NCBI GenBank assembly: GCA_021159015.1
Contig: JAGGSQ010000069.1
Location: 1,332 to 65,331 of the forward strand
Length of the DNA: 64,000 nt
From: Candidatus Omnitrophota bacterium
GTDB taxonomy: Bacteria; Omnitrophota; Gorgyraeia; Duberdicusellales; Duberdicusellaceae
Direction of reading: 5' to 3'
Position 1 is the stretch's first letter. Every line of letters begins with the position of its first letter. Below, one piece after another: positions 1-9,622 of this stretch. Position numbers and translations under genes: made by a program. Below the pieces are notes generated by a model. The model did no database searches and was not told the origin of the DNA. It saw only the letters and a program-made list of their open reading frames with translations.

Positions 1-821
1 TATCTCCTCCGCAACCTTTTCCCACATCTGACCAGGACCATATTTAGGATAAAGAAACTGTTCTATAAGACTTGTTTCAATCTCTCTTTGTGCGATAGAT
101 TTAGAAGAAGAGAATAATTTCTTGAAGATATGGAGAATTGTTTTTACAATAGAAAGCCCTCTTACCCGTTGCGCTCCCCAATCGGCTTTGATTTCACGGC
201 AGGGAACCCCCATACCTTTTCCGTGTAGTTCTCGAAGAAGATTTTGTAGAGTTTTCTCCCGAAGCGGTTGACAAAAAAATCTTCCAAAGATTTTTCCGGT
301 TTGACAGGGAAAAGATAAACCCACCAATAGCTAATGCCGATTTTCAATATTCTTGTTATTCCGAGATTTTTTAATATTTCAAAACTTAACGTGATAGGAT
401 AATTGAACAACTTTCCGAGAAACAATATCCGTGAAAAACGTTTTCTTACAAGCATCACCGCATCAGTCATCTCTGGATCCGGAGCAGGAAATGCATATTC
501 CTTTCTTCCTCTGAGAGGCCTGTGTCGTCCCTCCTTAGCGAGAGGAATATTTCTGTTCAGTAAGATATCATCGCGTGATGGTTTCCCTTGAAGAGGCAAG
601 ATGTTTTGCCACCATTGCATAACCCGCTCAGATTTAGAAAAGAATCGATGCCCTCCGATATCAATTCGGTTTCCCTTATAGTTGATAGTTCTAGAAATTC
701 CTCCAATATCAGCAGTAGCTTCATAGATAACAATCTCAAAATCTGTCCGATCCAGTAACTCATAGGCAGCTGTTAATCCTGCTGGACCCGCCCCAATAAT
801 TACAGCTACTTTTCTACCCAT
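1..821 (-). CDS. FAD/NAD(P)-binding oxidoreductase (COG1232/amine-oxidase-like); frameshifted, and the C-terminal part runs off the window start
   Basis: N-terminal [13 protein letters not shown] dinucleotide-binding motif. The annotated frame ends ...[19 protein letters not shown] at 162. From ~nt 200 down to nt 1 the adjacent minus-strand frame reads [19 protein letters not shown]...[25 protein letters not shown], which is the expected continuation of this family. This points to a 1-nt indel near 196-200. Confidence 0.6.
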
Positions 822-997
822 AGTTGATTTCGTACATTTAAAATATCCCTACTATGTATTTCTGTAAACTTAAGAATACAACAATAATTCTAATCGTGCA
901 ATCTATCTTTTTCTATCCTTCATATGAGAGAAATATGCGAGTAAAACATTTCCTTTTTCTATAATTTATGCAATAAAAATAAAGGTGCAGTTGAATT

Positions 998-1026
998 TTG
1001 ACAAAATTATCCGGCTATGGTAGACT
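998..1026 (+). promoter_or_regulatory. putative sigma70-like promoter upstream of the ftsH-like gene (TTGACA-17-TAGACT)
   Basis: TTGACA at 998-1003, a 17-nt spacer, then TAGACT at 1021-1026. The -10 is weak and sits only ~10 nt from the ATG at 1036, so the mRNA would be leaderless or nearly so. Confidence 0.25.
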
Positions 1027-1035
1027 GATTTGGTT

Positions 1036-2712
1036 ATGACTAAAAAACAGATTAAAATATTTATCAAGCTCTACTGGATAAGAATACTGATAATTCTTGC
1101 TGCTTTTTTGTTTCTTGCCGCTGTAGGCATACTTTTAGTAGTGGGCTTAAGAAACTTTTTTACTCTTGAGTCATTCTACAAAAAAATGACCCTGGCCAGT
1201 ATCCCCTTACAGCTTTTTATCAGCATATTCTATACTCTCATGTTTGTTACTTTCATCCACCTTTTCAATGTTTGGTTCTATGCCGGAGGAGGAATGGCCA
1301 AAATGGGCCAGAAAAAAATAAAAAGCACCAAAGTCAACGTTAAATGGGAAGACGTCATTGGCATGGAATCAGTAAAACGAGAGGTTCTGGAAGTAATAAA
1401 GCTAATTAAGGATCGCTCTCAACTGAAGGAAGTAGGGGGAAAAATCATCAAAGGGGTATTAATGATCGGACCTCCCGGATGCGGCAAGACTTACCTGGCT
1501 AAAGCTATTGCTACCGAAACCGGCCTGCCTTTTTTAGCCAGTGTAGGAAGTGAATTTCAAGGTATCTTTGTAGGATTAGGTTCTTCCCGTATTCGTTCTC
1601 TATTTAAGCAGGCAAGAAACTTAGCTGAGATTTACGGAGGCTGTATAATTTTTATGGATGAAATCGACACTATCGCCCGTCCCCGCGTGGGTGTATCCGG
1701 ATTTGGTGCCGGTATGGATTATAATGCTACGGTAAATCAATTACTTACTGAACTGGACGGCCTAAAGCAGAGTGAGAGCAACATTGTAGTAATTGCCGCT
1801 ACTAATGTTTCTGAAAACGAGCTGGACGAAGCACTAATGAGGCCGGGAAGATTTGACCGTAAAATTTATGTAGGCAAACCTCCTCTGGAAGATAGAAAAA
1901 AACTTTTTGAATACTATCTGAAAAAAACCCGCTATGATAAAAGTATTAATCTGGAAGTACTTGCTAAACGCACAGTAGGTTTCTCGGCTGCTGATATTGC
2001 TAATATGGTAAGAGAAGCATCAATGGTTACTATAAGAAATAACCGTCAAGTTATAACCATGAAAGACCTCTCAGAAAGCTATGACCGCGTAGTATTTGGA
2101 CTTAAATCAGAAATAGTATTAAGCGAAAAAGAAAAACGCTGGACTGCTTATCATGAAGCAGGCCACGCTATAATCGCTTATATCACCCATCCCACGGATG
2201 ATGTAATTAAAGCTTCCATCATCCCCCGCAAAGGTGCCTTAGGATATGTAGGACACAGGCCTTCGGAAGAAATACATACCTACACTCGGGAATGGTTTCT
2301 GGCTAATATTAAAACAGCTCTGGGAAGTTATGTAGCAGAGAAACTCAAGTTTGGTACAACTTCTTCCGGCGTAGATGAAGATTTCACCCAGGCTCTGTCC
2401 TTAGCTTATGATATGGTCTGGCGCTTCGGCATGGGTGACTCAGGCATAGTAGGCAATTTCGGCCGCCTCACCCATAAACAAAACCCCTGGGCTATAAATA
2501 TATCAGACAAAACCAAAGAAAAATTAGACGAAGATGTACAGAAAATACTAAACCAATGTCTAAAAGAAGTAGAAGAAATTTTAACCCGCGAAAGAGAGCT
2601 ATTAGAATATTTTGCCCAAAAACTTTTAGAGAAGGGTGAGCTGGAATACGATGAAATAATAGAGATCTTCAACCAATATGGCAAAGAAAAGCCTCATCGC
2701 AATACTCCTTAG
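1036..2712 (+). CDS. ftsH: FtsH-family AAA+ zinc metalloprotease (short variant with a minimal periplasmic loop)
   Basis: Walker A GPPGCGKTYLAKAIA, Walker B IIFMDEIDT, second region of homology, HEAGHAI zinc motif, and IIPRKGALGY. Two N-terminal TM helices. The ORF track starts at a TTG at 1030; the ATG at 1036 is the likelier start. Confidence 0.85.
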   Translation: MTKKQIKIFIKLYWIRILIILAAFLFLAAVGILLVVGLRNFFTLESFYKKMTLASIPLQLFISIFYTLMFVTFIHLFNVWFYAGGGMAKMGQKKIKSTKVNVKWEDVIGMESVKREVLEVIKLIKDRSQLKEVGGKIIKGVLMIGPPGCGKTYLAKAIATETGLPFLASVGSEFQGIFVGLGSSRIRSLFKQARNLAEIYGGCIIFMDEIDTIARPRVGVSGFGAGMDYNATVNQLLTELDGLKQSESNIVVIAATNVSENELDEALMRPGRFDRKIYVGKPPLEDRKKLFEYYLKKTRYDKSINLEVLAKRTVGFSAADIANMVREASMVTIRNNRQVITMKDLSESYDRVVFGLKSEIVLSEKEKRWTAYHEAGHAIIAYITHPTDDVIKASIIPRKGALGYVGHRPSEEIHTYTREWFLANIKTALGSYVAEKLKFGTTSSGVDEDFTQALSLAYDMVWRFGMGDSGIVGNFGRLTHKQNPWAINISDKTKEKLDEDVQKILNQCLKEVEEILTRERELLEYFAQKLLEKGELEYDEIIEIFNQYGKEKPHRNTP

Positions 2713-3502
2713 CTGCCTTCTCTTTTCTGCCTGCCGACCCGTAAGTTCCAGTTACAAAAGAGAGAATGTAGAAGCAATTCTCAAGAATATCTGCCAAAAA
2801 GAATTTTCTATCAACGAAATAATCGTGAAAGAAATCAAAGATACTTTCTGGATATACCTGCCTCTTAAAAAATTTGTAGTAGCAAAAGGAAAGCTTGACC
2901 CTGAGGCTAAAAATAAAATTTCTCATATCTTTCTCGCCCTACGCCGCACAATTTTAAGTATGCAAAATCCCCCTAAATTTTACGCATTTGCCATCTCAGA
3001 TATAACTTATGGCTACGATTATATAGAGATAGGCTATGTAGACGATTTGAGAAAACTGGAAATGTTTTACATATCGCGCAATCAACTTTTAGAAAGGACC
3101 GTACGCATAATCCGCTGGGATGAAAATGCCAAAGGAGACCTCCAAGCCGCCCATTTAAAAATGTTTGACATAGATTTTCCTGACTTTCTCTCCTTACTAA
3201 TTGCTCAAAAGATACGCGAGAATCTTAGCCAGGGCCGGCTTGCTTCCTATTACATTCTTGTCTCATCTCAGGGAAAGTTCAACCCTGACACTAAGACAAT
3301 AGAAATACAATACTCCGCCTTTAAGAAAAATGAGGCAGAGAAAGCTCCTTCCTCTTTTCAAGAAGCATTAAAGATTGCTTATTATTTTATTGTTAAAGCG
3401 TATGATTTCGGTGGTTTCAACTATATAGAAATAAAGAATAACTACTCGGGAAAGTCTCGTTATTTAAGTCGTAAGGCTTTCTGGGAATTGAGACTAGATT
3501 GA
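2678..3502 (+). CDS. putative lipoprotein, function unknown
   Basis: N-terminal signal peptide MAKKSLIAILLSCLLFSAC with a lipobox-like FSAC. Overlaps the ftsH 3' end by 35 nt. I recognised no catalytic motif. Confidence 0.6.
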   Translation: MAKKSLIAILLSCLLFSACRPVSSSYKRENVEAILKNICQKEFSINEIIVKEIKDTFWIYLPLKKFVVAKGKLDPEAKNKISHIFLALRRTILSMQNPPKFYAFAISDITYGYDYIEIGYVDDLRKLEMFYISRNQLLERTVRIIRWDENAKGDLQAAHLKMFDIDFPDFLSLLIAQKIRENLSQGRLASYYILVSSQGKFNPDTKTIEIQYSAFKKNEAEKAPSSFQEALKIAYYFIVKAYDFGGFNYIEIKNNYSGKSRYLSRKAFWELRLD

Positions 3503-3943
3503 CACAGCGCCTTCCTCTATATCACTATCCTTCTGAGGTAAAGGGAGGGAATGCTTGATCTTTCCTTTAACTTTTATCTCTACGGAAGGGGTTGTGAACG
3601 TTTTGCCTCTATATTTAACTGAGACAGGAGGAAGAGTAAACTCCCCTTCCTTGATAGCTACCAGTTCTAGTTTCATAATTAAACTTATTTCTGTTTTTCC
3701 CCCTCTAATTACATAGTCTTGCTGGCTGCTTTGAGCCATAAGGCGGAAGTTGTGAAACTGAGGAAGTGTAAGTTGAGGCAGCTTCTGGGAGGAAACTTTA
3801 AGAATTATACGGTAGGTAAAACTTTGCCCGACTTTAACTTCCTTTCGGCTTACATTGGCGTCCAGCTTAAAATCCGAACCTTTACTTATAGCTACAGTAG
3901 ATATTCCCAACAAGATAAATAGATATAAAAATCTTCTAAACAA
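3494..3943 (-). CDS. secreted hypothetical protein (beta-rich; weak resemblance to the BatD N-terminal domain)
   Basis: Signal peptide MFRRFLYLFILLGISTVAIS. Same strand as purN, immediately downstream of it. Confidence 0.5.
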   Translation of the reverse strand: MFRRFLYLFILLGISTVAISKGSDFKLDANVSRKEVKVGQSFTYRIILKVSSQKLPQLTLPQFHNFRLMAQSSQQDYVIRGGKTEISLIMKLELVAIKEGEFTLPPVSVKYRGKTFTTPSVEIKVKGKIKHSLPLPQKDSDIEEGAVSI

Positions 3944-4556
3944 TTTTTACCTTCCTTCCCTTAACTTTTACTCCTCCCGATACAAAATAATTTATCACCT
4001 GAGGAAAAAGACGATGCTCTACTTTGTGGATTTCTTTCTCGAGGCGCTTAAGACTCCAGCCGGGATCAATAGATAAAGCTTCCTGCACAATTATAGGGCC
4101 CCGGTCTACTCTTTCATCTACAATATGCACCGTCACCCCCGTTACTTTTACGCCGTATTTATAGGCTCTCGCTATCGCCTCTTTCCCGCTAAAGGCGGGC
4201 AGAAGAGAAGGATGAATATTAATAATGCGGTTTTTGAACTTGGATATAAGATAAGGAGAAACTACCCTCATAAAACCTGCCAAAACTATCAAGTTTATCT
4301 TTTCTCTTTTTAGAATAGTATAGAGGGCTCTTTCATATTTTTCTTTAGAAGGATAACTGGCGGGAGAGATAAATACCTCTTTCACCCCTAATCTTCTGGC
4401 TCGCTGGCGCACATAGGCATCTTTAATATCAGTAATAAGCAAAGCTATCCTGCTATTCTTTATCTTACCCTCTCTTACTGCCCGAACAATAGCCTCAAAA
4501 TTACTGCCAAAACCCGAAGCAAACACGGCAATATTTACTATCTTTTTCTTAGACAT
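3936..4556 (-). CDS. purN: phosphoribosylglycinamide formyltransferase (GAR transformylase)
   Basis: NIAVFASGFGSNFEAI, NIHPSLLPAF, and an HIVDE..D.GPII catalytic region. The ORF-track N-terminal extension (MSFYCF...) overlaps the upstream gene, so I placed the start at MSKKKIV (ATG at 4556). Confidence 0.85.
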   Translation of the reverse strand: MSKKKIVNIAVFASGFGSNFEAIVRAVREGKIKNSRIALLITDIKDAYVRQRARRLGVKEVFISPASYPSKEKYERALYTILKREKINLIVLAGFMRVVSPYLISKFKNRIINIHPSLLPAFSGKEAIARAYKYGVKVTGVTVHIVDERVDRGPIIVQEALSIDPGWSLKRLEKEIHKVEHRLFPQVINYFVSGGVKVKGRKVKIV

Positions 4557-4833
4557 AACTCTTTTTTTTCCATAATAGCCGTAAAATAAAATAATATAAA
4601 GAGAGAAACAATAAAACGACAAAGAAAGAAACTAAAGGTTGCTGAGTATGCAGAATTAACAATCCCAAAATAAATATGACGGCCGGCAAAAAGAAAAGGA
4701 AAAATATATATCTAAGAAAACTTTGCGGCAGCTCTTTGATGTCAAAAGATATATCGGAAGAATTATAACTACGGCATTTAGAAAAAGCTATACATCTTTT
4801 ACACTCATGCTCTTTAGAAAGAGAGTCATTCAT
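4549..4833 (-). CDS. small Cys-containing membrane protein, unknown function, translationally coupled to rnfB
   Basis: The ATG lies 3 nt after the rnfB stop (TAA ATT ATG). The N-terminus contains CKRC...C, followed by two hydrophobic helices. It exactly fills the rnfB-purN gap. The C-terminal half is low-complexity, so this could be spurious. Confidence 0.4.
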   Translation of the reverse strand: MNDSLSKEHECKRCIAFSKCRSYNSSDISFDIKELPQSFLRYIFFLFFLPAVIFILGLLILHTQQPLVSFFVVLLFLSLYYFILRLLWKKKSYV

Positions 4834-4836
4834 AAT

Positions 4837-5655
4837 TTATACGACTTTTTCCTTTTTTATACAATGAGCAGGACATTTTTCTATAGCTATATTCATCGAG
4901 ACGGGATCTTGTATCTTTTCATAGTCCAAAGAAGAAAGGTTATTCTCTATAACAAAAGGGCTGTCTTTGATTATTTTCGTACATATCCCACCGCCAATGC
5001 ACCCCTCTGCACATTCTTTACGTACCTTTTGCGCTTCTTCCCGGTTATTGCACCCTACCCAGTAAAGATAACCCTCTCTTGTGTAATCTACAAGCTTTAA
5101 CACTCCCTGCGGACATACCGCTACACATTTTCCACAGCCAATACATTTGTGATAATCTACCTTCACTAGTCCCTTTTCTACTTTCAAGGCCCCTACGGGG
5201 CAGACCTTAACGCAATCACCCAGCCCCAAACAGCCATATTTGCAGTCATAAATCCCTCCCGCCAGCCTAGCCGACAAGCAGCTATTTACACCGCGCCAAT
5301 CAAAACTTCTCTTTTTGCTGCCTTCCTCGGCTGAGCACAACACAACTACTTTTTTGGCAGGAGCTTTTGCTGTTGCTTCAATACCTAAAAGTTCTCCTAT
5401 TTTTTTATTAACTGCATCACCTCCTGGAATACAGCCGCCGAAAAGCTTCTTTTCTCTCACCGCCGCTTCGGCAAAAGCTCGACACCCCGCAAAGCCACAG
5501 GCGCCGCAGTTTATGCCGGGAAGAACATCTAAAATTTTTTTTACCCGCTCATCTTGTTTTACCGCTAGAGTCCTATCGGCCAAAGAAAGAACCAGGCCAA
5601 AAAAAAGCCCCATAACCCCCAAACTGATAACTGATACCAACACCCTATCCATCAT
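4837..5655 (-). CDS. rnfB: Rnf electron transport complex subunit B (Fe-S cluster protein)
   Basis: N-terminal TM followed by the CGACGFAGCRAFAEA motif. Also carries 4Fe-4S ferredoxin motifs CIGCGKCVAVCP and CLGLGDCVKVCP. Confidence 0.9.
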   Translation of the reverse strand: MMDRVLVSVISLGVMGLFFGLVLSLADRTLAVKQDERVKKILDVLPGINCGACGFAGCRAFAEAAVREKKLFGGCIPGGDAVNKKIGELLGIEATAKAPAKKVVVLCSAEEGSKKRSFDWRGVNSCLSARLAGGIYDCKYGCLGLGDCVKVCPVGALKVEKGLVKVDYHKCIGCGKCVAVCPQGVLKLVDYTREGYLYWVGCNNREEAQKVRKECAEGCIGGGICTKIIKDSPFVIENNLSSLDYEKIQDPVSMNIAIEKCPAHCIKKEKVV

Positions 5656-6233
5656 CCGCTGATTAAACCGGAGAATCCCATAAAGGCCAAAGCCAATATC
5701 CCCGCCGTAATTAAAACAATAGGTGCGCCCTTGAAAGCAGCAGGAATATCAGAAAAATCCATCTCTTCTCTTATACCAGCCATAGCCACCAAAACCAGCA
5801 TAAACCCCAAGCCAGTGGCAAATCCGAATATTACTGACTGGACAAAATTATATTGGCGCAAAACCATAAATAACGCCAAGCCCAATATAGCACAGTTAGT
5901 AGTAATCAAAGGCAGGTATATTCCCAGAGCCTGGTAGAGAGGAGGGGAATATTTTTTTATAAACATCTCTACTATCTGCACTAAGGAAGCGATAACTAAG
6001 ATAAATACTACATACTCTAGAAACTCAATATGGAACCTGACCAGAATTAAATAATAAAACAGCCAAGTTATGGCAGCGGCTAGACTCATAACAAAAGTAA
6101 CCGCCATACCCATACCTAAAGAAGACTCCAGACGATTAGAAACTCCTAAAAAAGGACAAATGCCCAAAAAATAAGAAAGTACGAAATTGTTTACTAAGAC
6201 GGCACCAATAAAGATTAAAAAGATTTCTTTCAT
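5652..6233 (-). CDS. rnfA: Rnf complex subunit A
   Basis: MKEIFLIFIGAVLVNNFVLSYFLGICPFLGVS is the RnfA/NqrE family signature. Polytopic membrane protein, 193 aa. Confidence 0.9.
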   Translation of the reverse strand: MKEIFLIFIGAVLVNNFVLSYFLGICPFLGVSNRLESSLGMGMAVTFVMSLAAAITWLFYYLILVRFHIEFLEYVVFILVIASLVQIVEMFIKKYSPPLYQALGIYLPLITTNCAILGLALFMVLRQYNFVQSVIFGFATGLGFMLVLVAMAGIREEMDFSDIPAAFKGAPIVLITAGILALAFMGFSGLISG

Positions 6234-6832
6234 GTCTTAAAGCGTCTCTGTCTATCTAAAAAATTCATAAAAGCCACCACAAAACCTAAAGCAAAGAAGG
6301 CCCCCGCCGGAAGCAGCATAATAATCCAGGGCCGAAAATGTATGATGCCGAGTCTAAAACCAAAGATTGTCCCCCTTCCCAGAATCTCTCTCACAGCTCC
6401 TATTGCCATAAGCCCCCACATAAAGCCCAGGCTCATACCTAAAGCATCTAAGACTGAGTTGCCAACCGAATTGCGGGAAGCAAAGGCTTCCGCCCTTCCT
6501 AAAATAATGCAGTTTACCACGATTAGCGGCACATAAGGGCCAAGTGCGCGGCTGATTTGCGGAAAAAAGGCCTTCAAAGTAATATCAGCAATAGTAACAA
6601 AGGTAGCAATAATTATCGTGTAGACGGCAATTCTTACCTGATGAGGAATCAGACGTTTAATTAAAGCAACCATAAATGAAGAAAAAACCAGTACGAACAA
6701 AACCGCTGTCCCCATAGCAAAACCATTCCGCACTGATGTAGTTATAGCCAAGGTAGGACACATACCCAGAAGCTGGCGTAAATTAGGATGCTCTCTCCAC
6801 AACCCTGCTAAAAATATTGTCTTTTTGCTCAT
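6230..6832 (-). CDS. rnfE: Rnf complex subunit E
   Basis: LWREHPNLRQLLGMCPTLAITTS is the RnfE/NqrD signature. 200 aa, membrane protein. Confidence 0.9.
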   Translation of the reverse strand: MSKKTIFLAGLWREHPNLRQLLGMCPTLAITTSVRNGFAMGTAVLFVLVFSSFMVALIKRLIPHQVRIAVYTIIIATFVTIADITLKAFFPQISRALGPYVPLIVVNCIILGRAEAFASRNSVGNSVLDALGMSLGFMWGLMAIGAVREILGRGTIFGFRLGIIHFRPWIIMLLPAGAFFALGFVVAFMNFLDRQRRFKT

Positions 6833-7377
6833 GGTTGTAATATTTTTCTCACTTTAGTAATTTCCTTATTTAAGATTTCCACCACCGAGCGCGAAGAGAT
6901 AGTGGCTCCGCTAACAGCCTGAATCTCGTTATCCTGCCGGGACTTTCTCTTACTGTATACAATGCGGGGTAGCACCTTTATTCCCCGAAACTGTTTCTTA
7001 AACCAGTTGTCGTTAATATGTGCCCCCAGCCCCGGCGTTTCCGAAGAGGCAATTATCTCTATACCCAATATCTTCTCCAAATTTTTATCTAAACCGCAGA
7101 TTATCTTAATCTCGCCCTGATAGCCATAGCCTTTAGCTAAAAAAGCATAGCCAATTAAGTTTCCCTGTCCATCATAAAGCTTATAAATAGTCTTGCCTGC
7201 TGTTAATTTTTCTTCTACTTTTTTAGCTGCAGGGGCAACGACATATATAGCGCGTTCTATGGCTGCTTTCTCATTGTTCTCTATTCTGGCCTTAGCCAAA
7301 GAAGATACCAGACTCAAGCAAAATGCTGATATTAAAGATGTTACCAGTAAGACCAGAACTATCCTAAAATATTTCAT
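6829..7377 (-). CDS. rnfG: Rnf complex subunit G (FMN-binding)
   Basis: N-terminal TM and the C-terminal FMN-binding motif AVSGATISS. Confidence 0.85.
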   Translation of the reverse strand: MKYFRIVLVLLVTSLISAFCLSLVSSLAKARIENNEKAAIERAIYVVAPAAKKVEEKLTAGKTIYKLYDGQGNLIGYAFLAKGYGYQGEIKIICGLDKNLEKILGIEIIASSETPGLGAHINDNWFKKQFRGIKVLPRIVYSKRKSRQDNEIQAVSGATISSRSVVEILNKEITKVRKILQP

Positions 7378-8300
7378 CTCCCAAACGCTTTCTCTTTAGT
7401 CAAACGGTTAATCAAAGGCACAAAAGCATTCATAAAGAGAATAGAATACATCACTCCTTCTGGCAACCCACCCCATTTTCTGATTACCATCACCATTACG
7501 CCAATAAGAAAACCAAAGATAAATCTTCCCTTGCGGGTAGTGGGACTGGTTACCGGGTCAGTAACCATAAAGAAAGCTCCCAGCATTATCCCGCCCGCGA
7601 AAAGATGAAACAAAATTGAGCCATTCTGAGGGTTAAGGATTGACAAAATTCCGGCCAGAACACTTACTCCTATAAGCATACCCAAAGGCGCCCGCCAATC
7701 TGCAATTTTACGCCCGATGAGATAAAGACCGCCTATAATTAGGGCCAAAGCCGAAGTCTCTCCTAAACTTCCCGGGATATCTCCCAGGAAAAGATGCGAC
7801 AATTTTGTAAAAACATGATTGAACTTCCATAAAGCCAGAGGCGAAGCAGAAGTAACTGCATCCAGAGTATAAGGCTCAGTCCAACTGGTAAGAAGGGTAG
7901 GAAAAGAAGCTATTAAAAAAGCTCGTCCTACCAGAGCCGGATTAAATATGTTTTGACCCAGACCCCCAAATAATTGCTTACCTACCAAAATAGCCACCAC
8001 CGAACCCAGAAAGGCTACACTTAAAGGCAAAGCAGGAGGTAAAATTAAAGCCAGGAGGAGACCGGTAACTGTAGCACTTCCGTCCCAAAAGCGCTGGGGG
8101 CGGCGACGGAAAAACAGTACTGCTGCTTCGGTAAGATTAGTTCCTAAGACACAGACAGCAATTAATTTTACGGCAAGGAGTTTAAAGAAAATTATGGCGG
8201 CAAAACTTGGCGGCAGAAGAGCTATAACTACCTGCCACATTATATATTTCGTATCGTATCTCGCCTTCTGATGAGGGCTAATTTCTACTAAAAGTCTCAT
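7374..8300 (-). CDS. rnfD: Rnf complex subunit D
   Basis: NqrB/RnfD family with the TDPVTSP FMN-attachment motif. Polytopic, 308 aa. Confidence 0.9.
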   Translation of the reverse strand: MRLLVEISPHQKARYDTKYIMWQVVIALLPPSFAAIIFFKLLAVKLIAVCVLGTNLTEAAVLFFRRRPQRFWDGSATVTGLLLALILPPALPLSVAFLGSVVAILVGKQLFGGLGQNIFNPALVGRAFLIASFPTLLTSWTEPYTLDAVTSASPLALWKFNHVFTKLSHLFLGDIPGSLGETSALALIIGGLYLIGRKIADWRAPLGMLIGVSVLAGILSILNPQNGSILFHLFAGGIMLGAFFMVTDPVTSPTTRKGRFIFGFLIGVMVMVIRKWGGLPEGVMYSILFMNAFVPLINRLTKEKAFGR

Positions 8301-9622
8301 GCCAAACTTTTCAGTTTCGCCTTAGCTATTTTTATATAATTAACTAAGGGAATCTTCGCAGGACACACATAAGCACAATTGCCGCATTCAATACAGTCAG
8401 AAACATAGAATCTATCCAAGTCTTTCCACCTCTCTTTCTTTACCAGACGCACAAATTCCAAAGGCATAAGATTCATAGGGCAATTATCAACGCAACGGCC
8501 GCAACGAATACAAACATCTTCCGGCCTCTGATCGATATCAACCTCATCCATAAATAATACTCCTGAAGTCGTCTTAAGAATAGGATAATCCAGACAGTCA
8601 AGGCTCACGCCCATCATCGGCCCACCCATAATAACTTTGCGAGGCTGCTTTCTAAACTGAAGAATTCCTTTCTCAAAAAGCTCAGAAATTAAAGTTCCTA
8701 CGCGCAGACGGAGATTTTTCGGTTCTTTCAAACAAGAACCAGCAAAGGTAACTATTCTTTCAAAAAGCGGCTTGCCCAGATAGGTAGCTTCATAGATAGC
8801 AAAAGTTGTTGCTACATTCTGTACTAATACCCCCACGGAAAAAGGAAGGCCACCCGCCGGAACAATTCTTTTGGTAATATTATAAATAAGCTGCTTCTCC
8901 GCTCCCTGGGGGTAAGAAGATTTTAAAATCTTCACTTTGGCTCTAAAACCAAAGTCTTTGGTATTTATTTTATTATTAATCTTTCTAATAGCTTCCTTTT
9001 TATTATCTTCTATGGCGATAAAAACCTTACGGCAACTAAGAATCTTTACCAGTACTCCCACGCCGCGCAAAAGTTCTTCTGTATACTCAAGCATCAGGCG
9101 GTAATCACAACTCAAGTAAGGCTCGCATTCCGCCCCGTTAATTATTAAAACATCAATATTTTTGGGAGGCAGAAGCTTAATATGAGTAGGGAATCCTGCC
9201 CCACCCATACCCACAATGCCACTTTCCTTTACTATATTTACTAGGCTATCCCTTTCTAAATTCTCCTTTAAATCTCTTACTTCCCAGGCTTTTTCCTCTT
9301 TTAACTCTATGCCTCTAATTACTACCGCCGGAGCTTTAGCGAGAGTAGGATGATTAAAGATTTTGATGTCCTCTACTTTCCCCTCCCGGGAACTATGTAC
9401 CGCAGCGCTTACCTTAGCAGAAACTTGTCCTATAAGCTGACCTAATTTTAGTGCGTCACCTTTTTTAACTACTGCTTTAGCAGGAGCACCTATGTGTTGG
9501 GAAAGAGGAATGAATACTTTATCAGCTACATACGCCTCTATCTTCTGTTCTGCCTGAGGATATTTATAAGGGGCTACTTCTAACATTGTGCTTAATAAAT
9601 GAACTGGCAGAAAAAACGGCAA
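8297..9622 (-). CDS. rnfC: Rnf complex subunit C
   Basis: GMGGAGFPT NADH-binding motif and two 4Fe-4S motifs (CIRCGRCVDNCP, CIECGNCAYVCP). The start may be the internal MLEV at ~9586. The gene order rnfC-D-G-E-A-B is canonical. Confidence 0.9.
   Translation of the reverse strand: MPFFLPVHLLSTMLEVAPYKYPQAEQKIEAYVADKVFIPLSQHIGAPAKAVVKKGDALKLGQLIGQVSAKVSAAVHSSREGKVEDIKIFNHPTLAKAPAVVIRGIELKEEKAWEVRDLKENLERDSLVNIVKESGIVGMGGAGFPTHIKLLPPKNIDVLIINGAECEPYLSCDYRLMLEYTEELLRGVGVLVKILSCRKVFIAIEDNKKEAIRKINNKINTKDFGFRAKVKILKSSYPQGAEKQLIYNITKRIVPAGGLPFSVGVLVQNVATTFAIYEATYLGKPLFERIVTFAGSCLKEPKNLRLRVGTLISELFEKGILQFRKQPRKVIMGGPMMGVSLDCLDYPILKTTSGVLFMDEVDIDQRPEDVCIRCGRCVDNCPMNLMPLEFVRLVKKERWKDLDRFYVSDCIECGNCAYVCPAKIPLVNYIKIAKAKLKSLA

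Noticed and set aside
403-763. ORFs 403..591(+) and 557..763(-) inside or antisense to the oxidoreductase gene
   Set aside because: They overlap a well-supported CDS, have low-complexity translations and carry no motifs.
2406-2926. ORFs 2406..2684(-) and 2669..2926(-) antisense to ftsH and the lipoprotein gene
   Set aside because: They are embedded antisense in confident genes and have Ser/Phe-rich composition.
5315-6536. Plus-strand ORFs antisense to rnfB, rnfA and rnfE (5315..5662, 5731..5937, 6342..6536)
   Set aside because: They overlap Rnf subunit genes that have strong family signatures.
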